The translations under genes and the position numbers were made by a program. The notes below the pieces were generated by a model. It searched no databases and was not told where the DNA came from. It saw only the letters and a program-made list of their open reading frames with translations. This document shows, piece by piece, positions 11,736 through 25,676 of a DNA stretch of 64,000 nt. Source of the stretch: Callorhinchus milii (Eukaryota). The DNA is taken from the NCBI RefSeq assembly GCF_018977255.1, contig NW_024704742.1, positions 43,712,001-43,776,000 on the forward strand, in the 5' to 3' direction. Within the stretch, counting starts at the first letter, position 1. The number at the start of each line of letters is the position of its first letter.

Positions 11736-13213
11736 GCACTAGCGGCTCCAGAACATCTGAAGTGTCACTACGCTATGCGTACATTACACTGCTGTCACCT
11801 ACTTCACAGGTAAGTCTCCAAGAAGCAGACTGAGATAGGAAGAATATGCTGTATGATGAGTCGGGGGATCAGTTACGTCCCACAAGTGTCAAACATCACG
11901 TGAGCAGGCTAGAGATTACACCTTGAACTTGCATTTTTAGAATGCCTTATCACATTGAAAAGTCTTAGTGTTTCACAAGTAGTTAGCATCAAGTGCAGTG
12001 GCTGTTATTGTAGGTAAACAGGGCAGCCATTATGCCCAGAAAGGTCCCACAAACAGTCAGTCATGAGTTGAATGGCCAATTAATCTGTACGATCATAGAC
12101 AGAAAACCGTGGATAAATTCCCCTCTCTTTTCAAATTGGTATCTTATCTTTGCCTAAAACAGACAGATAGAATCTTGCTTTAACTTTTCATCTTATCTTT
12201 GATCAGCCTGCAAGCCAAAATCCTAAAGCAAAGGGTGGTCTTAGCTGGACAAGCAGAAATCCATCAACATGCTTAAGAGTATCCACACCAAACCGTCAGT
12301 TCCACATATGAATTATGTTATGAATGCCAACTATCCATGAACGTTTTCCTGTGCATGAAATAGAATACTCATTTTCTCCCTGCAGGATGCCTCATTTTTT
12401 ATCTAATTCTGGAGATTAGTCATGGGTTGGCAAGAGCCAATGCTTGGGGGCCCTACAGTCAGTGTTGGGATCCTGCTGAAGTTTAATCAGCTGAAATCAC
12501 AAAGCTTGCCATTGAAAGTACTGCCTAGTCTGGCTTCCCACTGCTTGTCCAGCTAGGCTCACCCTATGCTTTAGGACTCTGGCTTTCTGGTGATCAGTCT
12601 ACTCTTCCAGGTCCTGCCAATGAACCACACTAGCTGGTCTGTCAACAGCAGCGCCCAGCAATTCTAACAATGTTAGTAATTCAGCAATATTAGCTGGACT
12701 GGCATGTTACAGTTTAAACCCATAATTGTCTCTGAAGAGAGAATGCTACAAAATGAGCCAAACTCAGATTGTAAACACAGGTTTTCATTCTCCATATTGT
12801 TTTATTCTCTATATTTTCCATATTGTGGCCAAATTTTCAGATTTTATGCCTAATCCTCTGGAACAACCACTCTTTACACCCTCCATCTCTATCTGTCTTG
12901 AAGTCCCACCTTAAAAGTTATCTCTTTAACCGTGCCTCTGGTCAGCCCCACCTTCTCCTCCTCATCCCTTCCTTGCCTGTCATCCAAACCCATAATTGTA
13001 AAGAGTTCCAAGACATTGTCCCACATGAAGGGTGCTGTATAAATGCAAGTTGTTGTTATCTTTATATATATATTTTAAAGTATTATTTTAATATATTTTA
13101 TTTTAATATACTTTACAGTATATTCTGTGAAGCGCTTTGAGAAGTCTCGAAGACGTGATAAGGTGCTATATCAAATGCAAGGATTATTAATCTTATTATT
13201 ATTATCTGTTAAA

Positions 13214-13530
13214 TCCTGTAGCTCAGTGGTTAGAGCACTCGCTTTGCAAGCGAGAGACTTGAGTTCAATTCCAGGCAGAGCGAAACCTTGGGCAAGTTTC
13301 CTTACTCCACACAGAGCCTAATAATAATCCCTCCAAAACCAAAACCAATAATAAATTGGTCATTTTCAATCTACGACTGTTTGTGGGACATTGCTGTGCG
13401 CAATTGGCTGCCGCGTTCGCCCACAAATACACAGTCAATTCACTTTACAGTGTGCTCTGTGAAGCGCTTTGGGACGTCCTCCGGACGTGAAGAGCGCTAT
13501 ATCAAATGCAAGGATTATTATTATTATTAT
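13214..13530 (+). mobile_element. Near full-length young tRNA-derived Deu-domain SINE
   Basis: Pol III A box TAGCTCAGTGG, B box GAGTTCAATTCC, stem-loop CTCGC-TTTGCAA-GCGAG, Deu core, L2-type tail ending in (ATT)n. Confidence 0.92.
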
Positions 13531-13554
13531 AAATCATACCTGGGAAGTCCTGAA

Positions 13555-13830
13555 TGGAGATTAGGAGGAGCTTTCCCACACAGAGAGTGGTGAGAGTGTG
13601 GAAGGCTCTGCCACAGTCAGTTGTTGGGGCAGAAATCAATGTGCACATTCAAAAAAAGACTGAACACACAAGTTGAGGGAGAATGAAGTTGAGGTTACGG
13701 GGGAAAGGCTGGGATACGGGAAGAGGGAAAGGATCTAGGATGGGCACTCGTGTGTAGTAGAAACGCAGGCCGGACTGGATGGGCAAAATAGCTTGTTTCT
13801 GAGTTGTAGTCTCTTTGAATCTATAAATTT
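13555..13830 (+). mobile_element. CR1-clade LINE 3' relic
   Basis: Approx. RRSFPTQRVVRVWKALPQSVVGA followed by a CR1-like 3' UTR (gatgggcaaaatagcttgtttctg). Confidence 0.7.
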
Positions 13831-14749
13831 TTTTAACCCAGAAGTTACTAGGAATTGAAAAGAGTCTGCATTTTCTCAAAGCTAATTTCATCTGGTTTTG
13901 TGACTCAGATGCAGACAAACCTGATAAACCCAACACCTAACAGCAGGATACGGATCCAGAGTACCTGTGTGACAAATTGCAAAGCTTTCTTCACTGTTCT
14001 CCGTCATTTAATCATGAAAATATTTCAGGGAGACAATGTCATCACATTTAAAAGCAGAAATGAAACTCATCAAAAAAAAATTTTTTTTTAATAAAAGACA
14101 TCTGGAGTTGAAATGCTAAAACCTTTCCCCGACGCAGAAGAAAAAAAGCAAATGACAACTGAGAGATCTCTGCCTCTGCTACTATATGCTGCTGTTTCCT
14201 TCTCATTAAAATAATTCAGCTGACCAAATGCAAGATGGTGATCTCCTACTAAAAATAACCCATCAATACTGCATATTGTATCCCATCATCTACTATACCT
14301 TCAGGTCTCTTTTCTCCTCTAATTTTAATATTCAATACAGGATCCCAAAACCTCAACATCATCTTTACAACCTACTCTTGTGAATGATAAGGTCAGATTT
14401 AAAAGATAAAATATTAAGTACTTTTTTTTCATTTGAGAGGGAGAATTGTGCGCTCATGAAGGTGAGAGATGTTACCGCCAGTAAGTGGTATATATTTCCA
14501 TTTTTGGGCACCCGGTTTAGCAACAAGCACCCCCAGACTAGAAAAAGCCCAGGTAAATACAGAGCAAAACTGATCTACTCTGCTCTAACTTCAGAAGAAC
14601 ATCCCCAACTGAACCAGTGTGAACTTTTCTGTTCTCGCAACTGCCATCGGGGAGACTGCCAATTTGGTGTCAAATTCAGGACAGTTTTGTGCTATAACGT
14701 CAGATCTGTAAGAAATTGGGTCGAAATCTGCTAAAGTTATTTTCTTTTT

Positions 14750-15315
14750 GGACAGCTGGGTGTCTGATACATGCAAAAATTCAACACCATACTTACAGAT
14801 ATCCAAAAGACATTGAGAATTCCATGCATGCCATCTACATGTGGAAATGTCTATGCTTGGAATGGAATACAGATTCCATCCCTGGCAGGATGGATCCTGC
14901 TTACCTTATCCCAGAGAGTAAACGCTGCCCCTCCAAGTTTTATCACTGAGCCAGACTGGCTGGTTTATCATCAACAGTGCCCTGGAGTACAGCGGACCTG
15001 TCTGGCTCAGCAATCAGACACCAAGACTGCCCCAGAGGATTGACTCCATTCCAACATTCTGTTGCCAAGCACGTAACCTTGGAGCCAGTTTAGTTCCAAA
15101 AAGATCCTTTTTACTTAACTTCTCAAGGAGGATGAAATGCAAGAGTATTGCCACCATCTTTCTACCCACAGCTCAAACACACATCCCTCTCCACCCACTG
15201 TGCAATGGCTCTCACCAGTTGGAGGAGCGGAGTTTGAGCAGCAGCTACTCAGCTCTCTGCATGCAGTGAGGGCTCAAACCTCTGCTTGTCGCATGTCAAA
15301 CGACCAACCCCAGCC
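14750..15315 (+). mobile_element. Unidentified interspersed repeat family, copy A
   Basis: Homologous by eye to about 24520-25170, 28030-28565 (minus), 35050-35600, 12430-12660, 39160-39325 and 46180-46360 (minus). Confidence 0.7.
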
Positions 15316-16427
15316 AATAGCGACTTATAAATCTGGACTAGATTAAAATCCAGAATGCGGAGGCCAAAGCCCAGCATGCCAACTTCTGGACCTCTAGCAC
15401 TTTCTAGTTAATCTTTATAATAAATATGTAGCTGATCCATCCAACTCAATCTGAGGCACAGATCCAGCCTTGGCATTCAGATGGAATACATTTGGTGGCA
15501 CCTGAACTTCTTGATTGAATTACCAGCTCTTAGTGACATGACTAATGCAAAATAAATTCATGTCAACATTGGAGGAAACCTATTCTTAGGTTTGCTACAT
15601 TGTGCTGTCACAGACAGAGTGTACTTTACATAAATGTTTGGCAAAAATATTAAATCGCTGAAAGCAAATTTCTACCACTATACAAGGCCAGAAAACAGTG
15701 TCCACCATGTGCAAGGTGAACCACTCACAGCAAGCACTATCCTTCTTCAGGTACATTCAGGTAACTGTGAGTCAGAATCCTGTAATGCATTTGGAGATCA
15801 TTTTGAATTCTTTATTAATTCGACCTTCATTTGGAAATCTATTTCCTTCAGCGATTTTTTAAGGGCTCCAGAAAACCAGCTTCCAAAACGAGATTAAATT
15901 TCACAATTTTCCAAAATCCTGTATAATATTAAATTTCAAGTCAATAGCCTTAAGGCTAAAACCATGAGAAATGTCATGCTATGAGTGGCAGATGAGCAGC
16001 AGAAAAGTGGGAATGCTGACATATGGCTCCTCCACTGTTAATTATATCTCACAAGTTGTGCTGGTTCCCCTTCTCTTGTCTTTTTGTGGGGTTGGGACAT
16101 GTGTAAGTGAGTTTGATATAATTTTAATAAGAAGCAGAATCCTTGATTTGATAAAGAGCCTTATGATGTCATTGAGACATCTCAAAGCGCTTCACAGAAT
16201 TTACTGTAAAGTGAATTGATTGTAATATTTTCTGGGTGAAATTGTCAACATGCGCAACGTCAACTTACACACATATTGTGGCATTATGTTTGCCGCATGA
16301 CCATAATGCGCAGGCACAGAACTACACAGGAGCAAAATTAAAGTCCTGAGGCTGACTTCAAATTATCAGTCACCATCACTTCTGTACTACTCCTTTTATT
16401 TCTCCTTTTATTTATTATTTGTGGAAG

Positions 16428-16697
16428 CCACACGCCTCTGTTTACCGAGCAGTAAGTAGGAACCCGGTTGTTAGTCGATTGGCAGATCACTTTCCGGGGT
16501 TAATAATCCGTTCAAAATAAAGAAATAATAATTTGGTCACCCAATCCACAACTGTTTGTGGACGCTGCTGTGTGAAATTGGCTGCCGTGTTTCACCCACA
16601 AAATATATAGTCAATTCACTTTACAGTATATTCTGGAAAGCGCTTTGAGACGTCTCAACAATATAAGGTGCTGTATCAAATGCAAGGATTATTATTT
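16428..16697 (+). mobile_element. Deu-SINE, 5'-truncated, insert-bearing subfamily
   Basis: gtaagtaggaacccggttgttagtcgattggc insert, Deu core, ATT tail. Confidence 0.8.
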
Positions 16698-17087
16698 TGG
16701 TGCTCTTGGTTGTGCGTGCAGCACCCAACAATAGGATGGCAAAACAATGAAACATGAGGTCATGATGAATGTTAAGCAATGGGGAGTGCCCCACTGATAT
16801 ATTGCTTGTTTAGCTCACAAGTAGTGCAGAGACAGCACTGTTGGAAACTAATGGAAGATGTATTTTAAGAGCGTAACTATACTAAAACACCAATTCCTGT
16901 ACTACAGTGACCTCTAGTGTGAAAAGCTTGCCTAACCATGCTAGTCCTCCGCTACCCCAATTACCCTCATTAATATTTGTAGCATTACCCAGCTCAAGGA
17001 ATATTCACTGTATAACCCCTTGGTCCTCTCTTCTCCCCAAAACACATGTGAGTGTGAATATCAAATATTAAAAAGAATACTAGTTAC

Positions 17088-17181
17088 CTAAAGATATAGG
17101 GTTATGTGACGTCTCCAGAAGTCTTTCTCCATAAGCTTCAGACAACCTCTTCATCTCATTTGAAAGGTAAGTGTACATTTC
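17088..17181 (-). CDS. SEPSECS: SEPSECS coding exon 9 (94 nt)
   Basis: AG/GT flanks; [31 protein letters not shown]. Confidence 0.96.
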
Positions 17182-20084
17182 CTGCAAAATAACAAATTTC
17201 ATATCACTACAAAGTGATTCACCACAATTTCTACTTGAATTTGAATCATTTAGATGCTAATGATCGAGTGAAAGACTGTGCACACTGTCAGCATGCACAT
17301 AACCCAACCTTCTTCCCTCCCCAAAATCATCTTGTAAGCTGTTAAGCTAATGTACAGCAGAAAATAAACATCAGTTCATTTTGTGCCTAGAAAAGGGCAC
17401 AGAATACAGGGGAAAGCAAAAAATATTACAACATAAAACATGAAATGTTATTGATCTTCCAAGCTGTACACACTGTCATTTATTAGAATAGGACACATTC
17501 ATTGAGATGTTTTTGGCAACTTACACACAGTTGAGAACATCAATAGAATAAATCTTGAAACTAGTCCTTATCCATTCTTTAAGGTTATAACTTCAATAGA
17601 TACATGATTGTTTTTTTAAAAATAACTCATGCTTCATAGCTCTGAAGATATTGCTCCTGACAGGAGAGTGTTGACAGATATCATTAGCTGGTTACATTAA
17701 TGAGCATCTCTGAATATTTATTTTCACTTGTCAATTCGCATTATTGCTGGTGCCTCATTTAGGACTGTGACCTTGGTGATTGGTTTGAAGCATACCATTT
17801 CTCTTTCTTTAGGTTTTCCAGCACACTATATTCACACATTATAATAGGCCATAAATAATCAGCTGACTTGTACATCAAACCTTTTTTTATGCAAAAAAAA
17901 GACAAATTAGCTCCACACTATCTCCTCTACAGCCATGGGCACACACCGTACATACCAATGTAAAAATCACCGAAGCAACATTTACATCAGGGAATAAAAT
18001 GCTATTCACATCACTGCATGAGTCACATTCCCAGGGCTTGGAGGTTGTAATAACCTGCAGCACAGTAAAATGTAAGCACTGCATCTTGTGGGTGTCCCTT
18101 TTATCCAAATCTTTACTTGTATTTATTGATTTACTGCCACACCTCTAAAAACGTAAAACCTTCAATCAATCACTTGCTTGATTCAAGGACCTCTGACTGC
18201 ATATTTCCAGCAGAACATGTTCCTTATAGTGTCGTTCTGTAATCGGTAATTATTTTTNAATAAATATGCATTTCATTGCAACAATTTATCTTTTCCACGC
18301 TATTAAATCTCCATGAATTCTAAATAAAGAATGGTGACTGTCTGACTACATTACATCTGTGTAAATGACGTTGTTAATGAACGTTTAATGAGTCTTTGAA
18401 AATTAATCTAATTGTGCCATTTCATCTTAATTGAATCCCTGCACAAACCAAAGCGGAATTGATCCTGTGTAAATAGGACCAAGAAGAATGTTTATGGTGG
18501 ACACAGTCCCTTCAGAATTCAAATTAAACTAAAATACAATATTAATTAAAAACACTACCACAAAGTTCATTTTTTTCTTAAAAAGGGAAAATACAAGATA
18601 GGCAAATAAAATGAGAAAAAAATATTCACATACGTAGACATATCATTGGACACATACAAGGTATAACATTGAGAAACAAGTTTGCTGTTTTGTAGTGTGC
18701 TTGATGCATTTAAAATATATACCAGTGTTTATTATTTAGCATCAACAGACTTAACATAATACACACTTCAAGCAAATCTTGTACTTGCAATAAAGAGGTT
18801 AGCTCATGTAAGTTTCAACCCAACCTTATGAAATATTCAACAGACTGCAGTCAGAAGGGTTTATCATACACTGATTGCTAAAAATAATTCACATTCCATG
18901 CTCCGAACTTCTGGAACTTCCTTCCTCTACCCCCTCCTTTTTGTCGCTCTCCATCTGTCTTTAAATCCTGGCTTTAAATGGTCTGTGGCTATCTACCAGT
19001 TGTCCCTCCCCAACTCGTTCAGTGCCTGATCCCCTTTTGGCAGTTTGACTGTTGCTATTATGAATGCAAGTTGTTGTTGATCAACATTGCAAAAGGCACT
19101 ATCAATAATGTCAACTGGAATGTCAGCCAAATAAGCCCAACTACATGTACAGGTCCCAGTTTACAGTGAAAGCTTAAAATTCACAATATTTTTTTAAGTG
19201 ACTAACAATCTGTTTCCAATTTCAAATTGTTGCTGTACCATCTTCAGAAAGATGTCAGCAACCTAAGCTTTTCAAAGGATCTATTTGCAACGTATCTGCA
19301 CACAGCATTAGAGCCAAAGGAAATGCTGAGTTTCCAATCTGTTCATGAGCATTAGTGGCACTGCCTGACATTGTATGAAACCAGACCAGAAATGTAGCAA
19401 ACACACAGCTAAATCCCCTTAATATTAATAATGGTACATGTACAATTTTTTTTGTGTGTTTTGAACTACAGTATATATGAAAGCTACCCACATTATTCTT
19501 CTCTTAGAAGTATTCTTCTGAATTACATAGCAGGATAAACAATATTTCATTGCTTTCAAAAAATGTCCTTGCCCATGCTCCATCACCTGATAACTTTACT
19601 TTCCCTCTCTCCTCCCTTGAAGGCATTGACCTATGTTCGCATAGCAATTTCTCAGGCCCCCTCATCTTCATCTCCTAACTTCTATCTGAGGTGTTAGTTC
19701 CTGTGGCAGACAACTGAATTGAATTTTTGGACAATGATTACATAAAATAAAATCTAAACATTGTGATATATTCCAGCTTCAAAATTCATTAAAATGGAGG
19801 TAATACCTGCAGACATAAATTGTTGTCGTTAGAACAGGAACTTTCTGCACACTTACTGGTGACTTTATCTACCCTATTGCACTATTTTATTAGTTGCAGA
19901 GCTTCTCCCACCCTCGCATGGCATCAAGAACGGGGACAATGGAGGTAACAGATTTTGGGCTATTCCCTTCAATTATGTCACTGGACCTTACGGTGTCACA
20001 TAAAATATCTGCTCTCAGACTTGGCCTTTAATACAAAACACTGCAACGAGATTACAGATCAAAACAAGGAAATCAGTGCATATA

Positions 20085-20395
20085 AAATAATCCTTGCATT
20101 TGGTATAACGCCTTTCACTCTGAGAAGAGCACCTTAAAGCATTTCACACTGTAAAACCTAATGACCTAATGATATTTTGCAGACAAACTCAACAGCTAAT
20201 CTGCACAATGTCACACAAACAGCCGTGAAGGGAATAATTAATTTTTATTTGGGGAATTGTTGGCTAGGACACCGGGATAAACTCCCTTGTTTTTTTAGAA
20301 TCTTTAACGTCCACCTGAATAGGTATATGGGGCATCCCCTCGGTTTAACTTCTTAGCCGAAAGACAGCACTGCTGACAATACAACACACCCCTTG
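20085..20395 (-). mobile_element. Older Deu-SINE relic
   Basis: Reverse-oriented tail, Deu core and tctttaacgtccacctgaa central block. Confidence 0.65.
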
Positions 20396-23066
20396 CATCA
20401 GTGTTCAGCAGAGACTATATTGGTTAAAAGCCCTCAATGAACTTTTTTCCTTGCATTATGCTTTGAAAACAAGTCATTTTCAAAATGGCAGCAGCAGAAT
20501 GCATCAGGGAGGGGTTCAAAGGAATAGACAGGTATTCAATTAATTCAAGAAAGGGGTGTGAACACCAGTTCTTCTGATTAATCACATTGAAGGTTAGATT
20601 TATTGTTTGAATGAGTTCATGGTGGAGGATTTCACAGATGCATACATTTCTCAAATGTGTAAAAATGAGCTATGGAGTACCCTAGTTTGTGGAGCTAATT
20701 AGTTGGCTTCTTGCCTTGCCTGGTCACAAGGCACCTCAATGCTATTCTAAGCTATTTTGTATCTGCAAATGACAGACCAAGCTGGTCTAACTGCACCTGT
20801 GTCGTTTTTTTTTGCTGTTTTCAGCATTCAGACTTGCAACTAGTCAGGCATTACTGCACAGTTAGAACTGCTGTGAATGCAGTAAAGTGCTGTGACAGCC
20901 GCCATAAATCAAGAACGTTTCCACTGCATTAATCTTTTCAGTACTGACACTCATTTGTATCTTGCAGAATAGAAGCTTATTTGCATCACACATAACCTTA
21001 TGCATTATTTTTGAAAGGATCAGCATCCCTGAATGGTTGAACTTGTTTATCTGGTAAGTACCTGATCCATACAAATCGGGAAGGGGCCAGCTTTGATATT
21101 TGGTCTGTGCTCGTGAACTGATCTCAACCACAGCTGAAGTAGGGACAGCAGTGGGCAAGGGAGGGAAATAACAGCTCGGGTTCCTTCTATGTGTCCCAGT
21201 GACTCCTACTAGAGGTTGGATCAGACTCAGATGTGATGAACAGCCCATGGCCTAATAATAGTCGCTGTCAAGCCTCATGCATGAATACAAATGAGGTGCT
21301 TTGAGGAAAGAAGAGAACAAGAGACAATTGCTACAGAGAAATTGTCAAAATCAAAAAAGAGATTTATTAGCAGGTTCAGCAAATTGTCTATGCTCCCAAT
21401 GGCAGTTTTCTTGAGCAATATAATATTCATCCTGCCCACCTTTCAATCTAATTTCCTTACCATTTTCTCCCCTTACTTCTCTCCTGAAGGCAACTCACTT
21501 GTGCTGAATCTGCAATACCTTGCTCAAGTGACCACGTCCATATGTTAATCTTTTCCGATACTGAGAGTTCACACACACACGCAGGGTCCTTTACTTCTAT
21601 CCATGCCTAACTCTGTCATTGGTAAGGTCCATGTCTAACTCTGTCCTGACCGGCACACACAGACTTCCAGCAGAATAACAATCAGAAATTGAAACTCTGG
21701 CAATGTTTTCCTCTTCTAACTCGGGAATGCCAAAGGGCAATTGTAGAATGACAAGAAAAATATAACCTAATTTTCTCATGGCTACACAAAAATTCACCTT
21801 TAAAAATTGTGTGCAAGCATTCAGTCCCAGATCTATTTTTAAATTCAGATTGTGTGCAATCAGATTCTATTCTCAACTCTTTTGAACCAGGCTCTGACCA
21901 GCTGCAATACCTCGATTAGATTTTGCATCTACTTGTCACTGCAATAACTTTGAAGTCAGCTATTTTCTAATGGGATAGCACATGATTATTCCAGTTGAAC
22001 ATTTATGTTCTGCCTACTAATCTAAGAAGGCTGCCAAAGTCAATTTTAAAACAATATAGAGAACTGATATGACAGAACCATAGTGTTTCTGCAGATGGCC
22101 ATCTGGATTAATATATCAAAATAATTTCTGATTGAAACAGAATATTCTTGTCCATATTTTTCTTGCAGCAGTTTACAATTCCTAGTATAGCTTATGGGAA
22201 GATTTATGACATGATTAATCTCACCAGGCGTTTCAATGCAGTAAATCCTCTTCATCTGATGCAAATAAGGTCGTCACAGCAGAAACCTGATAAATGCATG
22301 TCTATTTTGGGAACAAATATGATGCCCGGACCTGGACTTATGGTCAAAATCAGGACATTTGTAGAATATCAGGGATTAGAATAATTATTGTGTCATTTTA
22401 TTCCCACATACAGAATTTGTTCCTAATAACGCTGTCAGTTGTATTTAACATTTCCCCATCAGTAACAGATGAATCTGGTAAGGCAGCTGCTGTGAACTCA
22501 CTCCTGTCTGAGGTGGCTCCAGCAGCCAGTACTTTAGGGTTGTGTGAGAGCTCAGTACTAGCACCGACTTGAAAGACAGGAGTCTGTGCCAGATACAGAC
22601 AAGGCCACTGTGGGGGAGAATCTGTTCCCAATAGTCACACAACTGGGAGCCTACTTAACTTTTTCTGAAACCCCTAGTGATAGCGGCTGCATTCCATCAC
22701 CAAGTGATCTCAATCTGGACACAAGTATTTGATGAGCAAATTGGACCTGACTGTTAATACACCCTCAGTAATGGTGGAAGCATTCCAGAGGGATCCTCTT
22801 CTCCAGTCTCTGTGAATCACCGCTGGGTCTATCTGCAGCAAAAAATGTAACTCTCATGACCTCATTTGTTTGGGATATGGCGAGACTGAAATTACACTGG
22901 ATTTTTCCAGGCTTTCCAAATTTTCTTGCAAAATATTGATGAAAGCGGTCAAAGACCCACTCAGGGCCTCATGCCCCAGAGCAGGAGGTAAACTAGTCTC
23001 CCCAAAGTTGGTCTGGCTTTGAAAACACAACCTGCGAACCAGGGCAAACATGACCATATAGATATA

Positions 23067-23380
23067 ATAAATAATAATCCTTGCATTTGATATAGCGCCT
23101 CATCAAGTTGTCGAGATGTCTCAAGGCATCTCACAGAACATACTGTAAAATGATTTGACTGTATATTTGATGGGCGAAACACAGAAGCCAATTGCGCACA
23201 GCAATGTTCCACAAACAGGGACCAAATTATTATTAATTTTAAGGGATTATTATCCACAGAAATGTGATCCCTAATCAACCAACAATCGGGTAGCTACTTA
23301 CTGCTCAGTAAACAGGCGTGTGGAGTAAGGAAATTTGCATTAGGCATCACCCTGGCCAGGAATAAAATCTGGGTCCTCGA
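23067..23380 (-). mobile_element. Deu-SINE, insert-bearing subfamily
   Basis: Reverse complement of tail, Deu core and gtggagtaaggaaatttgc. Confidence 0.8.
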
Positions 23381-23735
23381 ATTTGTGAAGCCTTTGGGTA
23401 AACCCTTGGGTATTCGAATTTCCCCAATTCGGGCAACTATCACCTTGATGAAAAATGCATAAGATAAATTGAAAGATTGAAAACTCAGTGATTTTAAGAA
23501 TGTAACATCTGAACTTGGCTCCTCTTTTACACTCTTTAAAGGTCAGAGGGATGGAAGCATAAGTACTGGATAGCTATAAAATTAGTTACACAACGCATCG
23601 GGAAAAGAGGCACACAAAGTGCATCAGAGAGGTGCAACGTCTAACATCATTTTCAACTGTGCAGCATTTTAATATATAAAGATTATAGAATACTACGTAA
23701 GCATGTGTTTCTGGGCTGGGACATACTGGACTCAC

Positions 23736-23827
23736 CTTTCTTTCTTTTAGAAGTTTCTTATAACCGTTCACACCCAGCGACAGCAATGTAATCAGAATAT
23801 CCATTGAGGGTGATGCTGAAGCTCTGC
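23736..23827 (-). CDS. SEPSECS: SEPSECS coding exon 8 (92 nt)
   Basis: AG/GT flanks; (G)[30 protein letters not shown]. Confidence 0.97.
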
Positions 23828-24519
23828 CTAGAAAGCAAAGAGACATTTTGATTCCTTCATCCTGAACTGAATTGCTTCTCATTATTAAAAATATGCACAC
23901 CTCCCCCATGGTTTAGTGGTAGACACATCACCAGATGTTATACTGATCCCACAGATCAGGAACCCAACATGTAATCACTGGTCTGGGTTAAGTTATATCA
24001 AATATAGAAATGCTATATCAAATGCAAGGATTATTATTATTAAGTTAACCAATCTGACTATTGAGGTTAAGACCATAATAACATCTAAAAGGAAATTGAA
24101 TAAATATCTGAAAAGAGAGAATATAAAAGGATACAAGGAAAGAAGGAATTGTGCTCACAGTAGTTGTTCCAGTGGTTGATCTCTGAGCAGCTTAGGCTCA
24201 TAGGCAAAATGGTCTTCAGTCAAGTGGACACTGGAGTTGCTACACATAGCTTCAGTATCTCAGACTTCAGGAGAGGAGAATTAGGAAGAGCAAACTTCTA
24301 AGATATCCATTAACCTTTACTAGGAGTGTGGCCTGTTACAAGTTCATGAATGGGAAATCTACATATAATGAGATCAGCTCGGCGAAGAGGCTTCCTCTGC
24401 TGGGGCCATTAGCAACTCTCCTCCCTTCCACCATGTCAAACCGTCAACTATCAGCCACTGTCTGAAATAAGAATACCTTCTATACTAAGGGAGATACTCA
24501 AAATATTTGGGTTTTTTGG

Positions 24520-25170
24520 TCAGTCTAACACGTGCAGAAACTAACCACCATGTTTAAGATTATCCAACCAAACTGAGAGTTCCATGCATCGCACCTACAT
24601 TGTTGGAATGGAATACGCCTTCTCTCCCTGGAGGGACACATCCTGCTTACCTAATTCTGGAAAGGATTAGGGTTAGGTCAGTAAGAGCCAAGGCTTGGGG
24701 ACCCCAGATGTGCATTGGGGTACTGCTGGAGTCTAACCAACTAAAACCACGTAGGCCTGTCTGGCAAGCTTTCCCACTGCTTGTCCAGCTCGGATCTCCC
24801 TACTCATTAGAGCTTTGGCTTGGAGGGTTAACAGGAGCTGAGTGGGATGACTCCCTGCGCCCAGTGACATTCTGCCCTTTCAGGTCCTGCCGATGAGCCA
24901 GTACAATGCACCAGCACCTTGGAACTCCTACTGACATGAAAGACACTATACAAATGTAATTTGTTGTTGTTGTTGTTGTATTTTGATCAGCAGTGCCCTG
25001 GAATACTGCGGACCCGCCTCACTCAGGAAACACACTACCAAGACCAACACCAGAGATTGGCTTGATTCTGACATTCTCTGCCAAACTGTTTAGCTCCAAA
25101 GACACTCCTCTCTCCACCAGAGGCACAGTCACTAGTCGGTCATTTAACATTCGACAAATGTGGCTTTGAG
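24520..25170 (+). mobile_element. Unidentified repeat family, copy B (interrupted by an L2 tail near 24915-24980)
   Basis: Shares the LEWNxxSLPxGxxPAYLI reading with copies A and C, and RAKAWGPQ with copy C. Confidence 0.7.
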
Positions 25171-25541
25171 CCCTTAAAATATTAGAAGTGGAAAAAAAAC
25201 ACTTTTAATAAGTAACTTTGCCCAATATATTACTTCATATTGCCAACACATTTAATATTGGAGGCTTGATATTCCTCACGGTAGAAAAGATCACTCATGG
25301 CTAAGCTCCTGAACTTAACCATTTTCTAAATTGAACAGACTGTTTCTTTACCCTAAATTCAGAGAAAATCATGGTCAGATCTAGGCTAAAGATCCTTAAA
25401 GGGAGTTTCAGATATACACTTTGTCTTGCAGTTGATATTGACACAAATTGAAACTACAACAAGATTGAAACTAAAATAGCAGTCATCTCAATACGACCTT
25501 GCATTTAACTTAATTTCATCAGTTGTGAGCGATAGCACTTA

Positions 25542-25676
<135 letters not shown>

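Noticed and set aside
13214..13285. tRNA genes (also at 40075-40147, 41614, 49525, 51691), including a possible tRNA(Sec)
   Set aside because: These are SINE heads: A/B boxes and an anticodon-like stem (TGC, TGT or CAC) but no acceptor stem, no UCA anticodon or long variable arm, and each runs into the SINE body
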